From Candidatus Howiella intestinavium (GTDB lineage: Bacteria; Bacillota; Clostridia; Oscillospirales; Acutalibacteraceae): a stretch of DNA of 64,000 nucleotides. Made by a program: the position numbers and the translations under genes. The notes under the pieces were generated by a model. That model did no database searches and was not told the DNA's origin. It saw nothing but the letters and a program-made list of their open reading frames with translations. The stretch covers positions 19,319 to 83,318 of the forward strand of contig CAJFVX010000021.1 in the NCBI GenBank assembly GCA_904420585.1, read 5' to 3'. Positions 1 through 11,100 of this stretch are shown piece by piece (position 1 is the first letter of the stretch; every line of letters starts with the position of its first letter).

Positions 1-1311
1 TGCCTGCCCGCAGAGGCGACGTCGCGGACGGCGGCGGATGTTTTAAGCTGGTGTGAATCCCAGGTGGGCAGGGCCCTGGACTGGGACGGCGCCTATGGAG
101 CCCAGTGCGTGGATTTAATATATGCCCTGTATAATTATTTGGGCGTCAGCCCTGTGGGCGGCAACGCCGTGGACTACACCTGGAATACCCTGCCGGCCGG
201 TTGGCAGCGGCTGCAGGGCGCTGCGCCGCAGCCAGGCGACATTTTGGTGTACAACAACGCCCCTTATGGGCATGTGGGGATATATGCCTCCGCTTCCCTG
301 ATGTACCATCAGGCGCCGAGTATGGGCGGCTACGTCATGCGGGATGCGCGTAATTATAAGTATTATAGTTCTTATTGGGGCGTGATACGCCCCAATTATA
401 CCGACGGTGCAGCCGTGGAGGTGCTTACGGTGTCCGGGGTGAATTATCCTGTCCAGAAGCGGGCGGGGGAGCCCTTTGAGGTCTTCGGCGTCCTGTCGTC
501 GCCCTATCTGCTGACCAGCGGGCAGGCGATTGTATATGACAGCGCCGGCAATCAGAAATTCGGGGTGGGGACGTATGCGGAGCATGGCCGGTCCACATTT
601 AATCTGCATGATTTCAACAGCGACATGACCTTTGCCTCCCTGCCCGCCGGACAGTACAGCTATGTGGTCGACGCCCGTGATGCGCGGGGATATTATGTCA
701 GGCTTACCTATGCGTTCACCGTGGGGGCTGCTGCCACAACGTCGGCCACGGCCCCGACCACCGTGGCAAAGCACGATTGCGATTCCATGGCCGGGACGGC
801 GTATACTTGGGATGAAGGCGTTGTTACGAAGCAGCCTACCAGTACGGCAGACGGCGTCCGGACCTATACCTGCCGTGAATGCGGGGCAGTCAAAACAAGC
901 GTCATTCCCGCAACCGGATATACCGCCGCAGATTTGGACGGGTATATGGAGACGGCCGGCCAGCTGTTTGAATGGGAGCACACGGCGGAAAGCTGGGCGG
1001 CGCTGCAGCAGGCGCTGGGCCGGGCAAAGGCGGCAGACAGGGCGGATGCAGATGCAGTTCACAGGGCGGCAGACGGGCTGCGTACGGCCCTGGAGGAGAG
1101 AGTAAAAGTGGAAAAAGCTTCGGGCGATATGAACCGGAGCGGCAGCGTGACGATTTCCGACGTGATGGCCGCCTGCAGGGTTATAGCCCGCGCATCTGCC
1201 GATGGTTTTACACAGGCGCAGCTTTATCTGGGCGATATGAATGGAGATGACAGCGTCAGTATTGTGGATGTTATGCTGATTTGCCGGGTCCTTGCCACAG
1301 GGCGGGCATAA
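1..1311 (+). CDS. CHAP-domain peptidoglycan hydrolase with C-terminal dockerin (5' end outside window)
   Basis: Frame 1 is open from base 1 (no stop before the GTG at 64), so the gene starts upstream. CHAP Cys/His motifs are GAQCVDLI and GHVGIY. A two-segment dockerin lies at 1123-1308 (GDMNRSGSVTISDVMAACRVIA / GDMNGDDSVSIVDVMLICRVLA). Confidence 0.85.
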   Translation, partial: CLPAEATSRTAADVLSWCESQVGRALDWDGAYGAQCVDLIYALYNYLGVSPVGGNAVDYTWNTLPAGWQRLQGAAPQPGDILVYNNAPYGHVGIYASASLMYHQAPSMGGYVMRDARNYKYYSSYWGVIRPNYTDGAAVEVLTVSGVNYPVQKRAGEPFEVFGVLSSPYLLTSGQAIVYDSAGNQKFGVGTYAEHGRSTFNLHDFNSDMTFASLPAGQYSYVVDARDARGYYVRLTYAFTVGAAATTSATAPTTVAKHDCDSMAGTAYTWDEGVVTKQPTSTADGVRTYTCRECGAVKTSVIPATGYTAADLDGYMETAGQLFEWEHTAESWAALQQALGRAKAADRADADAVHRAADGLRTALEERVKVEKASGDMNRSGSVTISDVMAACRVIARASADGFTQAQLYLGDMNGDDSVSIVDVMLICRVLATGRA

Positions 1312-1330
1312 GCGGCAGGTATGCTGTAGA

Positions 1331-1364
1331 TAAGGCCAAGGGAAGCGCGCTTCCCTTGGCCTTA
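1331..1364. terminator. bidirectional hairpin between convergent genes
   Basis: Perfect 17-bp palindrome taaggccaagggaagcg/cgcttcccttggcctta between stop 1311 (+) and stop 1377 (-). Flanking T-tracts are weak. Confidence 0.6.
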
Positions 1365-1376
1365 TCTTGCCTTGCT

Positions 1377-2066
1377 TTATTTCCTGTCGGCGGGCAGGAA
1401 GGGGATTAAGGCAGCGGCCACGCCGCTTATGGGCATGGTCTGGAGGATAATCCGGCCGGGGCCGGTCACCAGGGTGTTGAAGAAGCCTTCCCCGCCGAAA
1501 AGCTTGTTTTTCAGCCCGCTGACCACCTGGATGTCCAAAGAACAGCTGGCGTCCATCATGGCCAGGTTGCCGCTGTCCACCACCATGCTCTGGCCCGGCT
1601 GCAGGACGTATTCCACCGCCGACCCGTCGATTTCCAGGAAGGCCATGCCGCTGCCCGAGAGCTTCTGCATAATGAACCCCTCGCCGCCGAAGAAGCCGGC
1701 CCCTACCCGCTTCTGGAAATAGATGGACAAATCCACCCCCCGCTCGGCCGCCAGGAAGCCGCTCTTCTGGACAATGACCGGGCGGTCGGGCGTAATCTGC
1801 ACCGCCCGGATGGAGCCGGGGAAGCTGGAGGCAAAGGCTATCATCCCCGGGCCGTTTTCGGCCGTGTAGGTGTTCTGGAAAATGGCCTCCCCCGAAAACA
1901 TCCGGCCGAAGGCCTTGCCGGCCCCGCCGGCGCCGGTGCTCATTTTCATGTTGGGGCTCATCCAGCACATGGAGCCCCTTTCGGTTGTCATGGATTCGCC
2001 GTTTTGCAGATGGCAGACCACCGCCGGCATGGGTTCCCCGATGATTTCGTACTGCATACTGACCAC
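1377..2066 (-). CDS. AIM24 / TIGR00266 (DUF124) family protein
   Basis: 229-aa ORF. Family-typical motifs are YEIIGEPMPAVVCHL, GFFGGEGFIMQKLSGSGMAFLE and LFGGEGFFNTLVTGPGRI. Confidence 0.85.
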   Translation of the reverse strand: MVSMQYEIIGEPMPAVVCHLQNGESMTTERGSMCWMSPNMKMSTGAGGAGKAFGRMFSGEAIFQNTYTAENGPGMIAFASSFPGSIRAVQITPDRPVIVQKSGFLAAERGVDLSIYFQKRVGAGFFGGEGFIMQKLSGSGMAFLEIDGSAVEYVLQPGQSMVVDSGNLAMMDASCSLDIQVVSGLKNKLFGGEGFFNTLVTGPGRIILQTMPISGVAAALIPFLPADRK

Positions 2067-2249
2067 TCCTTATTCCAATTTGTATCCGGCCCTGCGCCGG
2101 CCAAAGGCCTTGGACCGTCTGCCCGCCGCCTTTTTGTACAGTATAACATATGGATATCGCCTGCACCACATTATTTATGTAAAATGTTGCGAAAAAGGCA
2201 AAAGACTCTGTTTCGCCCCGGTTTTACATAAAATTTTCCCCCTTTCCCC

Positions 2250-2278
2250 TTGACGCGGGCGGGGGAGATGTGTATCAT
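2250..2278 (+). promoter_or_regulatory. candidate sigma-A promoter of the two-component operon
   Basis: TTGACG (2250-2255), 17-nt spacer, extended -10 TGTATCAT (2271-2278), about 170 nt upstream of the RR start. Confidence 0.45.
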
Positions 2279-2449
2279 ATACGTGTACTATATGACATAG
2301 TACAGCAAATACAGAAAAGCATCAGGGCTTGTTAAGAAAGTCTTAAGAAGTTGAAAAGGAAAATCTCTAAAACCGAGACGCCGGGGAGCGTACAATAGAC
2401 ACATGCCGCGGGAGAGACCGCGGAACGGGAAAGAGAAGGAGGAACCGGC

Positions 2450-3132
<683 letters not shown>

Positions 3133-3136
<4 letters not shown>

Positions 3137-4830
3137 CCGATAAAGAAGGACGTCCGCCGGCAGGGGATACCGGCGGTTCCCCCCAGGCCCCCGGCGGGGC
3201 GGGAACGCAGCCGGCCGGCGCTTCTCCGCCGGCCGCCGGCTGGCCGGGCGCGGCCCGGAATCCCCAGAGCCCGGTCGGAGCGCCGCTCCCCGGTGCGCCG
3301 GGGACTGCCGGTGTGGCCGGCAGCCCGCCGGATGGGATACCACAGCCCGCCCAGAGCCCGGTAGGTGCGCCGCTCCCCGGCGCGCCGGAGACTGCCGGTG
3401 CGGCCGGCAGCCCGCCGGACGGGATACCACAGCCCGCCCAGAGCCCGGTCGGAGCGCCGCTCCCCGGCGCCCAGCCGGGCGGGGCAGCACAGAATCCCCA
3501 GGGCCCGGCCGGTACGGCCTGGAACAACTGGGCGGCCCAGGCAGGGCAGAATTCCCAGAACCAGGGCCCGGCGCAGGCGCCCGGCCGGAACTACCCGCCG
3601 GGGGGATGGCAGCCCCAAAACGGCTATGTACCTTCCCCGGGGGCCTGCGGCAGCGGCCAGCCCCAGGCCGGGGGCTACGTGCCGGGGGCCTGGCAGGTGC
3701 CGCCCCAGGTGCTCTACGCGGCCCGGGGGCAGGGGGCGCCGGCCAAGAAGCCCGGCCTCTGGAAGCGGGGGATGCAGGCCATCCGAAAGCTCTGGAAGCG
3801 GCTGGTAAGCAGCCTGGTGGTCCGCATCGTCTGCAACGGGGCGGTCAGCGCCCTGGCCGGCTTTGTGGCCAGCGTCATCATATCGGCCGTCCTCAACCTG
3901 TCGGGCTTTACCACCTTCCTGTTCTTTGCCGCCATCACCCTGCTGGTTTTCATCAAGATGACCAACCACACCATGGCCTACGTCAAGGACATCGCCGAGG
4001 CGGTGGGCAAGATTTCCGGCGGGGACTATTCGGTCAAGGTGCCGGAAAAGTACAGCGACGAGCTGGGCACCCTGGCCAGCCAAATCAACCAGATGACCAC
4101 CGAGCTCAGCCGGGCCCGGGAGCGGGAGCAGCTGGAGGAGCAGCGCAAAAACGAATTCATCACCTCCATCGCCCACGACCTGCGCACCCCCCTTACCTCG
4201 GTTATCGGCTATCTGGGACTCATCTCCGAGCAGGACGGCCAGCCGGTGGATAAGGAGACCCTGGTGCAGTACGCCGACGTGGCCTACCGCAAGTCCAAGC
4301 GGCTGGAGCTGCTCATCAACCAGCTTTTCGACTTTTCCCGCTACAACTTCGGGGAAATCAAGCCGGCCGAAAACCGCATCGACTTGGCCGAACTGCTGGA
4401 GCAGATAAACCAGGAATTCTACCCCCAGTTTGCCGAAAACCGCCTGGAGAGCCGGGTCATCGTATCCGGCCGGCCGGTATGGGTCAAGGGGGACGGCAAC
4501 ATGCTGGTGCGGGTGTTTGACAATATTTTGGGCAACGCCGTCCGCTACGGTTCGGCCGGGCGGTATATCGACATCGAGCTCTACAACCGGGGGGCCGAGG
4601 CCGTGGTCCGGGTAACCAACTACGGGGCCGAAATATCCCCCGCCGACCTCACCCGTATTTTTGACAAGTTCTACCGCACCGACGCTTCCCGCTCCTCCGG
4701 GACGGGGGGCGCCGGGCTGGGCATGGCCATCGCCAAAAACATTGTGGAGGCCCACGGCGGCAGTATCCGCGCCTTTAGCGGCGACGGAAAGGTCACCTTT
4801 GAGGTGGTGCTGCCGGTCCTCGCGCAGTAG
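3133..4830 (+). CDS. sensor histidine kinase with long Pro/Gly/Ala-rich N-terminal extension
   Basis: ATGA start/stop overlap with the RR gene. HAMP region present. HisKA motif FITSIAHDLRTPLTSVIGY and HATPase motif GGAGLGMAIAKNIVEAHGG. The first ~215 aa are low-complexity with 29-aa repeats. Confidence 0.9.
3268..3474 (+). repeat. 87-bp (29-codon) in-frame tandem repeat, about 2.4 copies
   Basis: Units start at 3268, 3355 and 3442 (partial). They encode SPVGAPLPGAPGTAGVAGSPPDGIPQPAQ with a few substitutions. Confidence 0.9.
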
Positions 4831-4862
4831 GGCCGGCCCCATATACATGAGGATAAAGGAGT

Positions 4863-5474
4863 GTGTGCAGCGTGAAATCGAAGTTCCGCAAGATAAACCG
4901 GGGGCTGATTCTCAGCCTGCTGGTTATCCTGGGCATTGTGGCCTACTATGTGGTGCTGGGCATCAAGGCCGCCCCCGAAAAGCGGCTGATGGATGAGACC
5001 CTCACCGGCTTTTTCCAGCAGCTGGCCCCCGCCTACCTCGTCCCCGACGAATACAAGGGGGAGGACGTCAGCCGGGAGGACGTGGAGAAGCTGTCGGCTG
5101 AACTGGAAACGAAATTCGCCCCCTACTTTGCCGATACGGACAGCCTCAACCAGTTTATGGAGGACAACATCATCCCCACCCTGGAGAGCCAGACCATCTA
5201 TCCCACTGAAGAAGTCACCAAGGCGGTCTGCGACTATGAGAAAATAACCGAGGCCGACATCGACGGGGACACCGCCGTGGTCAAGGCCCGGGCCGAGACC
5301 AGCAGCGAAATCCAGTATTACAATGTATCCTACCTGGAGGACGGTACCATCGTCAAGCACCCCTCCGGCACCAGCGGCGGCGGCAGCTACACCTGGGAAA
5401 CCACCATCTCCTTCACCATGCAGAAGGTGGACGGGGCCTGGCTTATCACCGGATACGCCGGATACTGGCTGTAA
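4863..5474 (+). CDS. hypothetical membrane-anchored protein
   Basis: The N-terminal TM segment (LILSLLVILGIVAYYVVLGI) is followed by a ~170-aa soluble domain. GTG 4872 is an alternative start (better spacing to AAGGAG at 4855-4860). Confidence 0.6.
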   Translation: MCSVKSKFRKINRGLILSLLVILGIVAYYVVLGIKAAPEKRLMDETLTGFFQQLAPAYLVPDEYKGEDVSREDVEKLSAELETKFAPYFADTDSLNQFMEDNIIPTLESQTIYPTEEVTKAVCDYEKITEADIDGDTAVVKARAETSSEIQYYNVSYLEDGTIVKHPSGTSGGGSYTWETTISFTMQKVDGAWLITGYAGYWL

Positions 5475-5490
5475 AGGAGGCTTCACTGGT

Positions 5491-6420
5491 ATGAACGAAC
5501 AGAATATTGTTTTAAAAACCGAGGGGCTGACCAAGTATTTCGGCCGCCGGCGGATTATCAACAACATCAGCCTGCAGGTGCGGGCCGGGGAAATCTTCGG
5601 CTTCTTAGGGCCCAACGGCTCGGGCAAAACCACCACCATCAAAATGATTTTAGGCCTTTTGAGCATCGACGCCGGCAAGGTCTACATCGGCGGCTGCGAC
5701 CGGGAGAAGGATTTTGAGAACGCCCTGCGGCAGATAGGCGGCATCATCGAAAATCCCGACACCTACGGCTACATGACCGGCTACCGCAACCTGGAGTACT
5801 ACGCCCGGCTGCGGGGCAGGCTGGACCGGCAGCGCATCGACGAGGTGGTAAGGCTGGTGGGGCTGGAAAACCGGATTCACGACAAGGTGAAAACCTATTC
5901 CCTGGGCATGAAGCAGCGGCTGGGCCTGGCCCAGGCCATCGTCCACCGGCCCAAGGTGCTGGTGCTGGACGAACCCACCAACGGCCTGGACCCCGCCGGT
6001 ATGCGGGAGCTGCGGGATACCTTAAAATATCTGGCCTCCACCGAGGGCATCGCCGTCTTTGTGTCCAGCCACATCCTCAGCGAGATGCAGCTGCTTTGCG
6101 ACCGGGTCTGCATCATCAGCGCCGGCACCGTCCTGCGCACCTGCAACGTAGACCAGCTGCTGGACGAACAGGCCCACGGCTACCGGTTCATCCTCCGGCC
6201 GGCCGATCTGGCCCAGTCCATCGTCGACAGCCAGCTTGCCGGCCGTCTGCTGGCCCGGGATGGCGAAACCTTCGATTTGGCCTGCGAGGAAAGCGAGGTC
6301 CCCGGCCTCATCGCCTGCTTTATGCAGTCCGGCGCGGCCGTCTACGGGGTGCAGCCCGCCCTGGGCTCCCTGGAGGACAGCTTTATGGAAATCACGGGAG
6401 GAGGGAACACCATTGCGTAG
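5491..6420 (+). CDS. ABC transporter ATP-binding protein
   Basis: ATG after GGAGG. Walker A GPNGSGKTT, signature YSLGMKQRL, Walker B VLVLDEPTNGLD. The upstream part of track ORF 5323.. overlaps the previous gene and is not needed. Confidence 0.95.
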   Translation: MNEQNIVLKTEGLTKYFGRRRIINNISLQVRAGEIFGFLGPNGSGKTTTIKMILGLLSIDAGKVYIGGCDREKDFENALRQIGGIIENPDTYGYMTGYRNLEYYARLRGRLDRQRIDEVVRLVGLENRIHDKVKTYSLGMKQRLGLAQAIVHRPKVLVLDEPTNGLDPAGMRELRDTLKYLASTEGIAVFVSSHILSEMQLLCDRVCIISAGTVLRTCNVDQLLDEQAHGYRFILRPADLAQSIVDSQLAGRLLARDGETFDLACEESEVPGLIACFMQSGAAVYGVQPALGSLEDSFMEITGGGNTIA

Positions 6421-7900
6421 TTTCGGAAGACTCATCCACAACGAATTTGTCAAGCTATTCGCCCGGCCCACCACCTATATCATGCTGATTCTCATTCCGG
6501 TCATCACCTTTGGCCTCGGCGCCGTTATGAAGCTGGCTCTGGCCCAGAACGCCAGTTACGCCCCCTCTCCCGAAGACCAGATGCAGTGGCGCATTGAGGA
6601 TCTCACTGCCCAAATCGCCGAGGGCACGGAAACCGGAGGCGACGACCTGTATATCTTCCAGGATCAGGCAGCGTCTCCCGCCTATACACCCCAGCAGGAG
6701 CTGGATATCCTCCAGTACGCCCGAACCAATAATATCGACCCCACCAGCTGGAAGATGGCCGCTTTGTACGACAGCCTGACCCCGGCTGCCTGGGAAGCGG
6801 CGGCCGAACCCGGATCGGCCGATGCCGACAAATACGATCGGCTGGTCCAGAGCCTCTACAACGCCATCCGTTCGGACGACTACATGCAGTATCTGACGGC
6901 CTGGCGGGACGCCCTGAACGAGGCCCCCGAAATGCTGGACGCCGACACCCTGGCACAGGAAAAAGAGGAACTGCAGCTGCGCATCGACAACCGGCTGGAA
7001 CCCTACTACATGGGCTTTTTCAGCTACGGTGAGGAGGAGCCCTGGACCGAAACCATGCTGTCCCAGATTTCCTCCGGCCGTTCCCAGCTGCAAAGCGGCA
7101 TGGGGGAGAACGGCGCCCTGACCGAGGCGGAAAAGGAGAACCTGGAAAAGGATATCGCCATCGCCATCCACCGGCTGGAGACCGGAAACGCCCCCTTGTC
7201 CCAGGCCTCCATGTACGGCTTCCTGTCCCAGGCCAGTATGCTGGTCTCCATGATTTCCCTGTTTATCATCATCATCGGCGCCACCATGATGGCCTCGGAG
7301 TATTCCAGCGGCACCATCAAGCTGCTGCTCATCAGCCCCCACAAGCGCTGGAAGCTCTTTGCGGCCAAGATGGTCAGCCTCTTCCTCATGGGCCTTGCCA
7401 TGCTGGTGCTGCTGTTTGGCAGCGCCCTTCTCACCGGCGGCATCCTCTTCGGATTTGAAGGGGCGGGCCCCTATCTCAGCTACAGCGGCGGGCAGGTCAC
7501 CGAGACGCCCTACGCCCTTATGGCCGCCTTCCGTTACCTGCTGGCCTGCCCCGAGGTGCTGGTCATGACCTCTTTGGCCGTCATGCTGGCCGTCATCATG
7601 CGGCGCAGCGCCGTGGCCATCGGCGTGGGGACGGCCCTGCTCTTCGGCGGCAGCATGATTTCCATGATTCTCATGATGCTGCCCTATGACTTCAAGCGGT
7701 TCATCCTCTTCCTCAACACCGATTTGAGCATGTACTTCCCCCAGCTTTCCACCGGCCAGTTTATGAATACCGGCATGGAGACCCTGCCGGCCTCGGGCAT
7801 GACGGTGCAGTTCTCCTTAGCCGTACTGGCGGTCTACTTCATCTGCTTCACCTATATCGCCCTGGATTCCTTCAACCGCCGGGACATCAAGCAGGCCTAG
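6413..7900 (+). CDS. ABC-2 family permease with ~280-aa extracytoplasmic helical insert
   Basis: TTG start after GGGAGGAGGG, with an 8-nt overlap with the ATPase stop. TM1 is followed by a long acidic helical region and then 5 TMs. ABC-2 motif SEYSSGTIKLLLISP. Confidence 0.8.
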   Translation: MRSFGRLIHNEFVKLFARPTTYIMLILIPVITFGLGAVMKLALAQNASYAPSPEDQMQWRIEDLTAQIAEGTETGGDDLYIFQDQAASPAYTPQQELDILQYARTNNIDPTSWKMAALYDSLTPAAWEAAAEPGSADADKYDRLVQSLYNAIRSDDYMQYLTAWRDALNEAPEMLDADTLAQEKEELQLRIDNRLEPYYMGFFSYGEEEPWTETMLSQISSGRSQLQSGMGENGALTEAEKENLEKDIAIAIHRLETGNAPLSQASMYGFLSQASMLVSMISLFIIIIGATMMASEYSSGTIKLLLISPHKRWKLFAAKMVSLFLMGLAMLVLLFGSALLTGGILFGFEGAGPYLSYSGGQVTETPYALMAAFRYLLACPEVLVMTSLAVMLAVIMRRSAVAIGVGTALLFGGSMISMILMMLPYDFKRFILFLNTDLSMYFPQLSTGQFMNTGMETLPASGMTVQFSLAVLAVYFICFTYIALDSFNRRDIKQA

Positions 7901-7930
7901 AAGGAAAAGTCCATCCATTGCCGAACAAAA

Positions 7931-7970
7931 GCCGTCCGCCCTCCTTCGGGAGAGAGCGGGCGGCTTTTTG
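7931..7970 (+). terminator. rho-independent terminator
   Basis: Imperfect GC-rich hairpin gccgtccgccctc...gagagagcgggcggc followed by TTTTT. Confidence 0.6.
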
Positions 7971-8131
7971 CATTTACGCCTGCAGGGAATTTGTTATACA
8001 ATTGCAATGTTAATTTATATTATTTCAATTCAATGAAAAATGAAAATAATGTACAATATATCTAAGAGACGGATAAAACCGGGAGGTTGCGTCCGCCGGG
8101 CTGTGTGCCCAGGGCAAGGAGGAATTTGGCA

Positions 8132-11100
8132 ATGAAGGTGAAATGGATGGTCAGTGCGCTTCTTTCCTGCGCGATTGCCCTGACGCCGGCCCTGCCCGTG
8201 CCGTCGGCGGCGGCCGCCGGGCAGTCCCAGGCTATCGGGGATTTGGATTCCTATGAAGAATCCACCGAGGATGGCAACGTGCTTCTCTTCGACTGCGGCG
8301 GCGACGAGGTGCGGGTGGAACTCTGCACCGCCCGCACCGTGCGGGTGCAGCTGTCGGTGGGCGGCAGCGGCAACTACCGCACCGACGACCCGGAATACTA
8401 CATGGTGCAGAAGAACGAATGGGAGCCTGTGACCAAAACCGTGACCAGGGAGGACGGGGTTATCCGCATCCGCACCGAGGCCATGGAAATTCGGATTCAG
8501 GAAAGCCCCTTCCGCATCGGCATGTATGATTTGGAGGGCAACCTGCTGAGCAAGGACGCCGACGACCAGGGCATGTACTGGGAGGACGACGGCACCCGGG
8601 GCGTCCGCAAGGTAGAGGGCGCCCAGAACGCCGGCGGTATTTTCGGCTTCGGCTCGGGGGACCACGGCCGCCGGCAGAACCTGAACCGCTACAATCAGGA
8701 CTTTACCGAATTTTCCATGTCCCACGGCCGGCTTATCGCCCCCTTCTTTATGAGCAGCGTGGGCTACGGCATCTTTTTGAACACCCTGGAAAAGGATACC
8801 CGCTTTTTCAAGCAGGGGGGCGGCTTTGAGACGGCCGAATATCTGGACTATTACTTTATGTACGGCCCGGATTTCAAAACCATCCTCAATGAATACGCCG
8901 AAATCACCGGCCGCATGGAGCTGTACGGCAAGTGGGCCCACGGCTTCATCCTCTCCAAGTACGGCAACGACAACGCCACCCAGGCCGAGTTTTTGGAATG
9001 GCTCCACACCCTGCGGGACGAGGGCTACCCCTGCGACTCCTACGCCTTTGACTACGGCTGGCGGGGCGACGTGGCCGACAACGGCGGCAACCAGACCGGC
9101 GCCGGGGAGAAGTTCGGCAAGCAGATGTGGAACAACGATAAAACCAAGTTCCCGGATATAGCCGCCATGTTCGAGGAAGCCGACGAACTGGGCTTCCGGG
9201 TGGGCCTGCACAACAACGCCGGCACCCCCGAGGCCTCGGGCGGCAAGGAGCTGTACAAGCCCGAGTATGAGGAAATCTGGGTCAAATCCTATATGGACAG
9301 CGTCATCACCACCGGCTACGGCGACTGGTTCTGGCCGGATGAGTTCGACGTGCTGGGGGTCAACAGCGCGCCGGTCTTCTCCTCCAAGGGGGCCTACGAG
9401 GCCTGGCAGGAATACACCGATCAGAGCCGCCCCATGTTCATCACCCGGGGCAGCTACGCCGGCCAGCATTACGCCACGGCCTGGTCGGGGGATATTGAGA
9501 ACACCTCCTCCGAGCTGGAAAACCAGATAGGCTTCAGCATCGACGCCGGCCTGGTGGGCTACTGGGCGGTGTCCCACGACCTGGGCGGCTTTATGCACCG
9601 CCCCTCGGATGAGCTGTACACCCGGTGGGTGTCGGAATTCGGCGCCTGGACGGGCATCATGCGCACCCACGGCCACGACGGCCGGGAACCCTGGACCTAC
9701 GACGACGTGGCCAGCGATACCTTAAAGGAAAATCTGCAAATCCGCTACGCCCTTTACCCCTACACCTATTCCCTGGCCTGGCAGGGCTATTCGGAAGGCG
9801 TGCCCATGATGCGGGCCATGCTGCTGGAGGACGGCAGCCAGTACAACCCCGACGCCTGGGATTTGAACCAGCAGTATTACTACGGCGACTGGTTCCTGGT
9901 GGCTCCCGCCTCCCAGACCAGCAGCACGGTGGTGTCGGTCTGGCTGCCCCCCGAGACCACCTGGTACAACTACTACACCGGCGAGCGGTATGAAGGCGGC
10001 CGGGACGGCAAGACCATCAACGTGGCCGCCGCCCTGGACGAAATCCCGGTATTCGTAAAGGCCGGGGCCATCGTCCCCATGGGCCCGGATGTGGACTACG
10101 CCGACGAAAAGCCCCTTGACCCCCTGACCCTGGACATCTATCCCCACGAGGGCGCCACCTCCTTTACCCTGTATGAGGACGACGGCCAGACCCGGGAATA
10201 CATCACCCAGAACGCTTACAGCACCACCACCTTTGAGAGCAGGGTGGAGGGCGAAGACATGACCTTCCGCATCCACGAGCGGGAAGACCACAATCCGGCC
10301 GTCTACCTGCCCTGTGAGCGGAATTACAACCTGAAGTTTAACCACATCGACCAGGCCGACGCGGTTTCCATTAACGGCCGGACGGTAGCCGGGGTGGATT
10401 CCCTGGCGGCCTACGACGCCGCCGAAGAAGCCTTCTGGCTGAACGGGGAGGAAAATATCCTCTATGTGAAGACGCCGGACACCGGCGAGGAAATTGTAGT
10501 GGAACTGCAGACCGGCGGCGTGGCCGAGCCGGAGCTGGGGGACGAGGACGAGGGCCTGCCCCCCGAGACCATCCTGGACGGCGGCCGGTATGAGCTGGAA
10601 AACGCCCAGATGGAGCCTGTGGAGGGCGGCCAGGTTATCCTGGACACCGAGTGGGGCGGCTATACCGGCACCGGCTTCGCCAAGGGCTTCAAGGGCGAAG
10701 GGGACGCCATCGAATTCCAGGTGGACATTCAGCAGGCCGGAGACTACAACCTGGTGCTGCGGGTTAACTGCGGCAAGAAAAACGAGGCGATTTACGACAA
10801 CTCCCCCCGGCAGGGCACCATGTATCTGGACGGGGATGTGCTCTCCGCCATGGAGTTTGAGGTGACGCCCGCCTGGGGCTCCACCTCCGGCGGCTCCAAG
10901 CAGGGGGACTGGCGGGACTATACCCTGGAAAACGTCACCTTAAGCGAGGGGGTGCACACCTTCCGGTTTGTGGCCGAGGGGGATCGGAACCCCGGCAACT
11001 ACAATCTGGACTCCCTGACCTTTAACCGCATCGACCGGTCGGTGTCCGCCTTCCAGAATATAGAGGCCGAAAGCGCGGCCAGCCTGGAGAAGGCCGCCGT

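Noticed and set aside
115-2169. 684-aa minus-strand ORF spanning the CHAP and AIM24 genes
   Set aside because: It lies antisense to or out of frame with two genes that have clear family motifs. The translation is Arg/Gly/Pro-rich and low-complexity, typical of shadow ORFs in high-GC DNA.
3268-3474. Tandem repeats (also 26178-26252) considered as a possible CRISPR-like array
   Set aside because: The units are contiguous without spacers and in frame inside coding sequences. No cas genes are present.
5323-5490. N-terminal extension of the ABC ATPase ORF (track start 5323)
   Set aside because: It overlaps the end of the preceding gene in another frame. A canonical ATG with GGAGG at 5491 gives the normal ABC N-terminus (MNEQNIVLKTEGLTKYFG).
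6236-6412. Upstream extension of the ABC-2 permease ORF
   Set aside because: It lies entirely inside the ATPase gene. TTG 6413 with a strong RBS gives a normal permease N-terminus.
8030-9676. 548-aa minus-strand ORF, plus 9722-10345, 10940-12334 and 11791-12723 (-)
   Set aside because: They lie antisense to the GH31 gene, which carries unambiguous catalytic, CBM and dockerin motifs.
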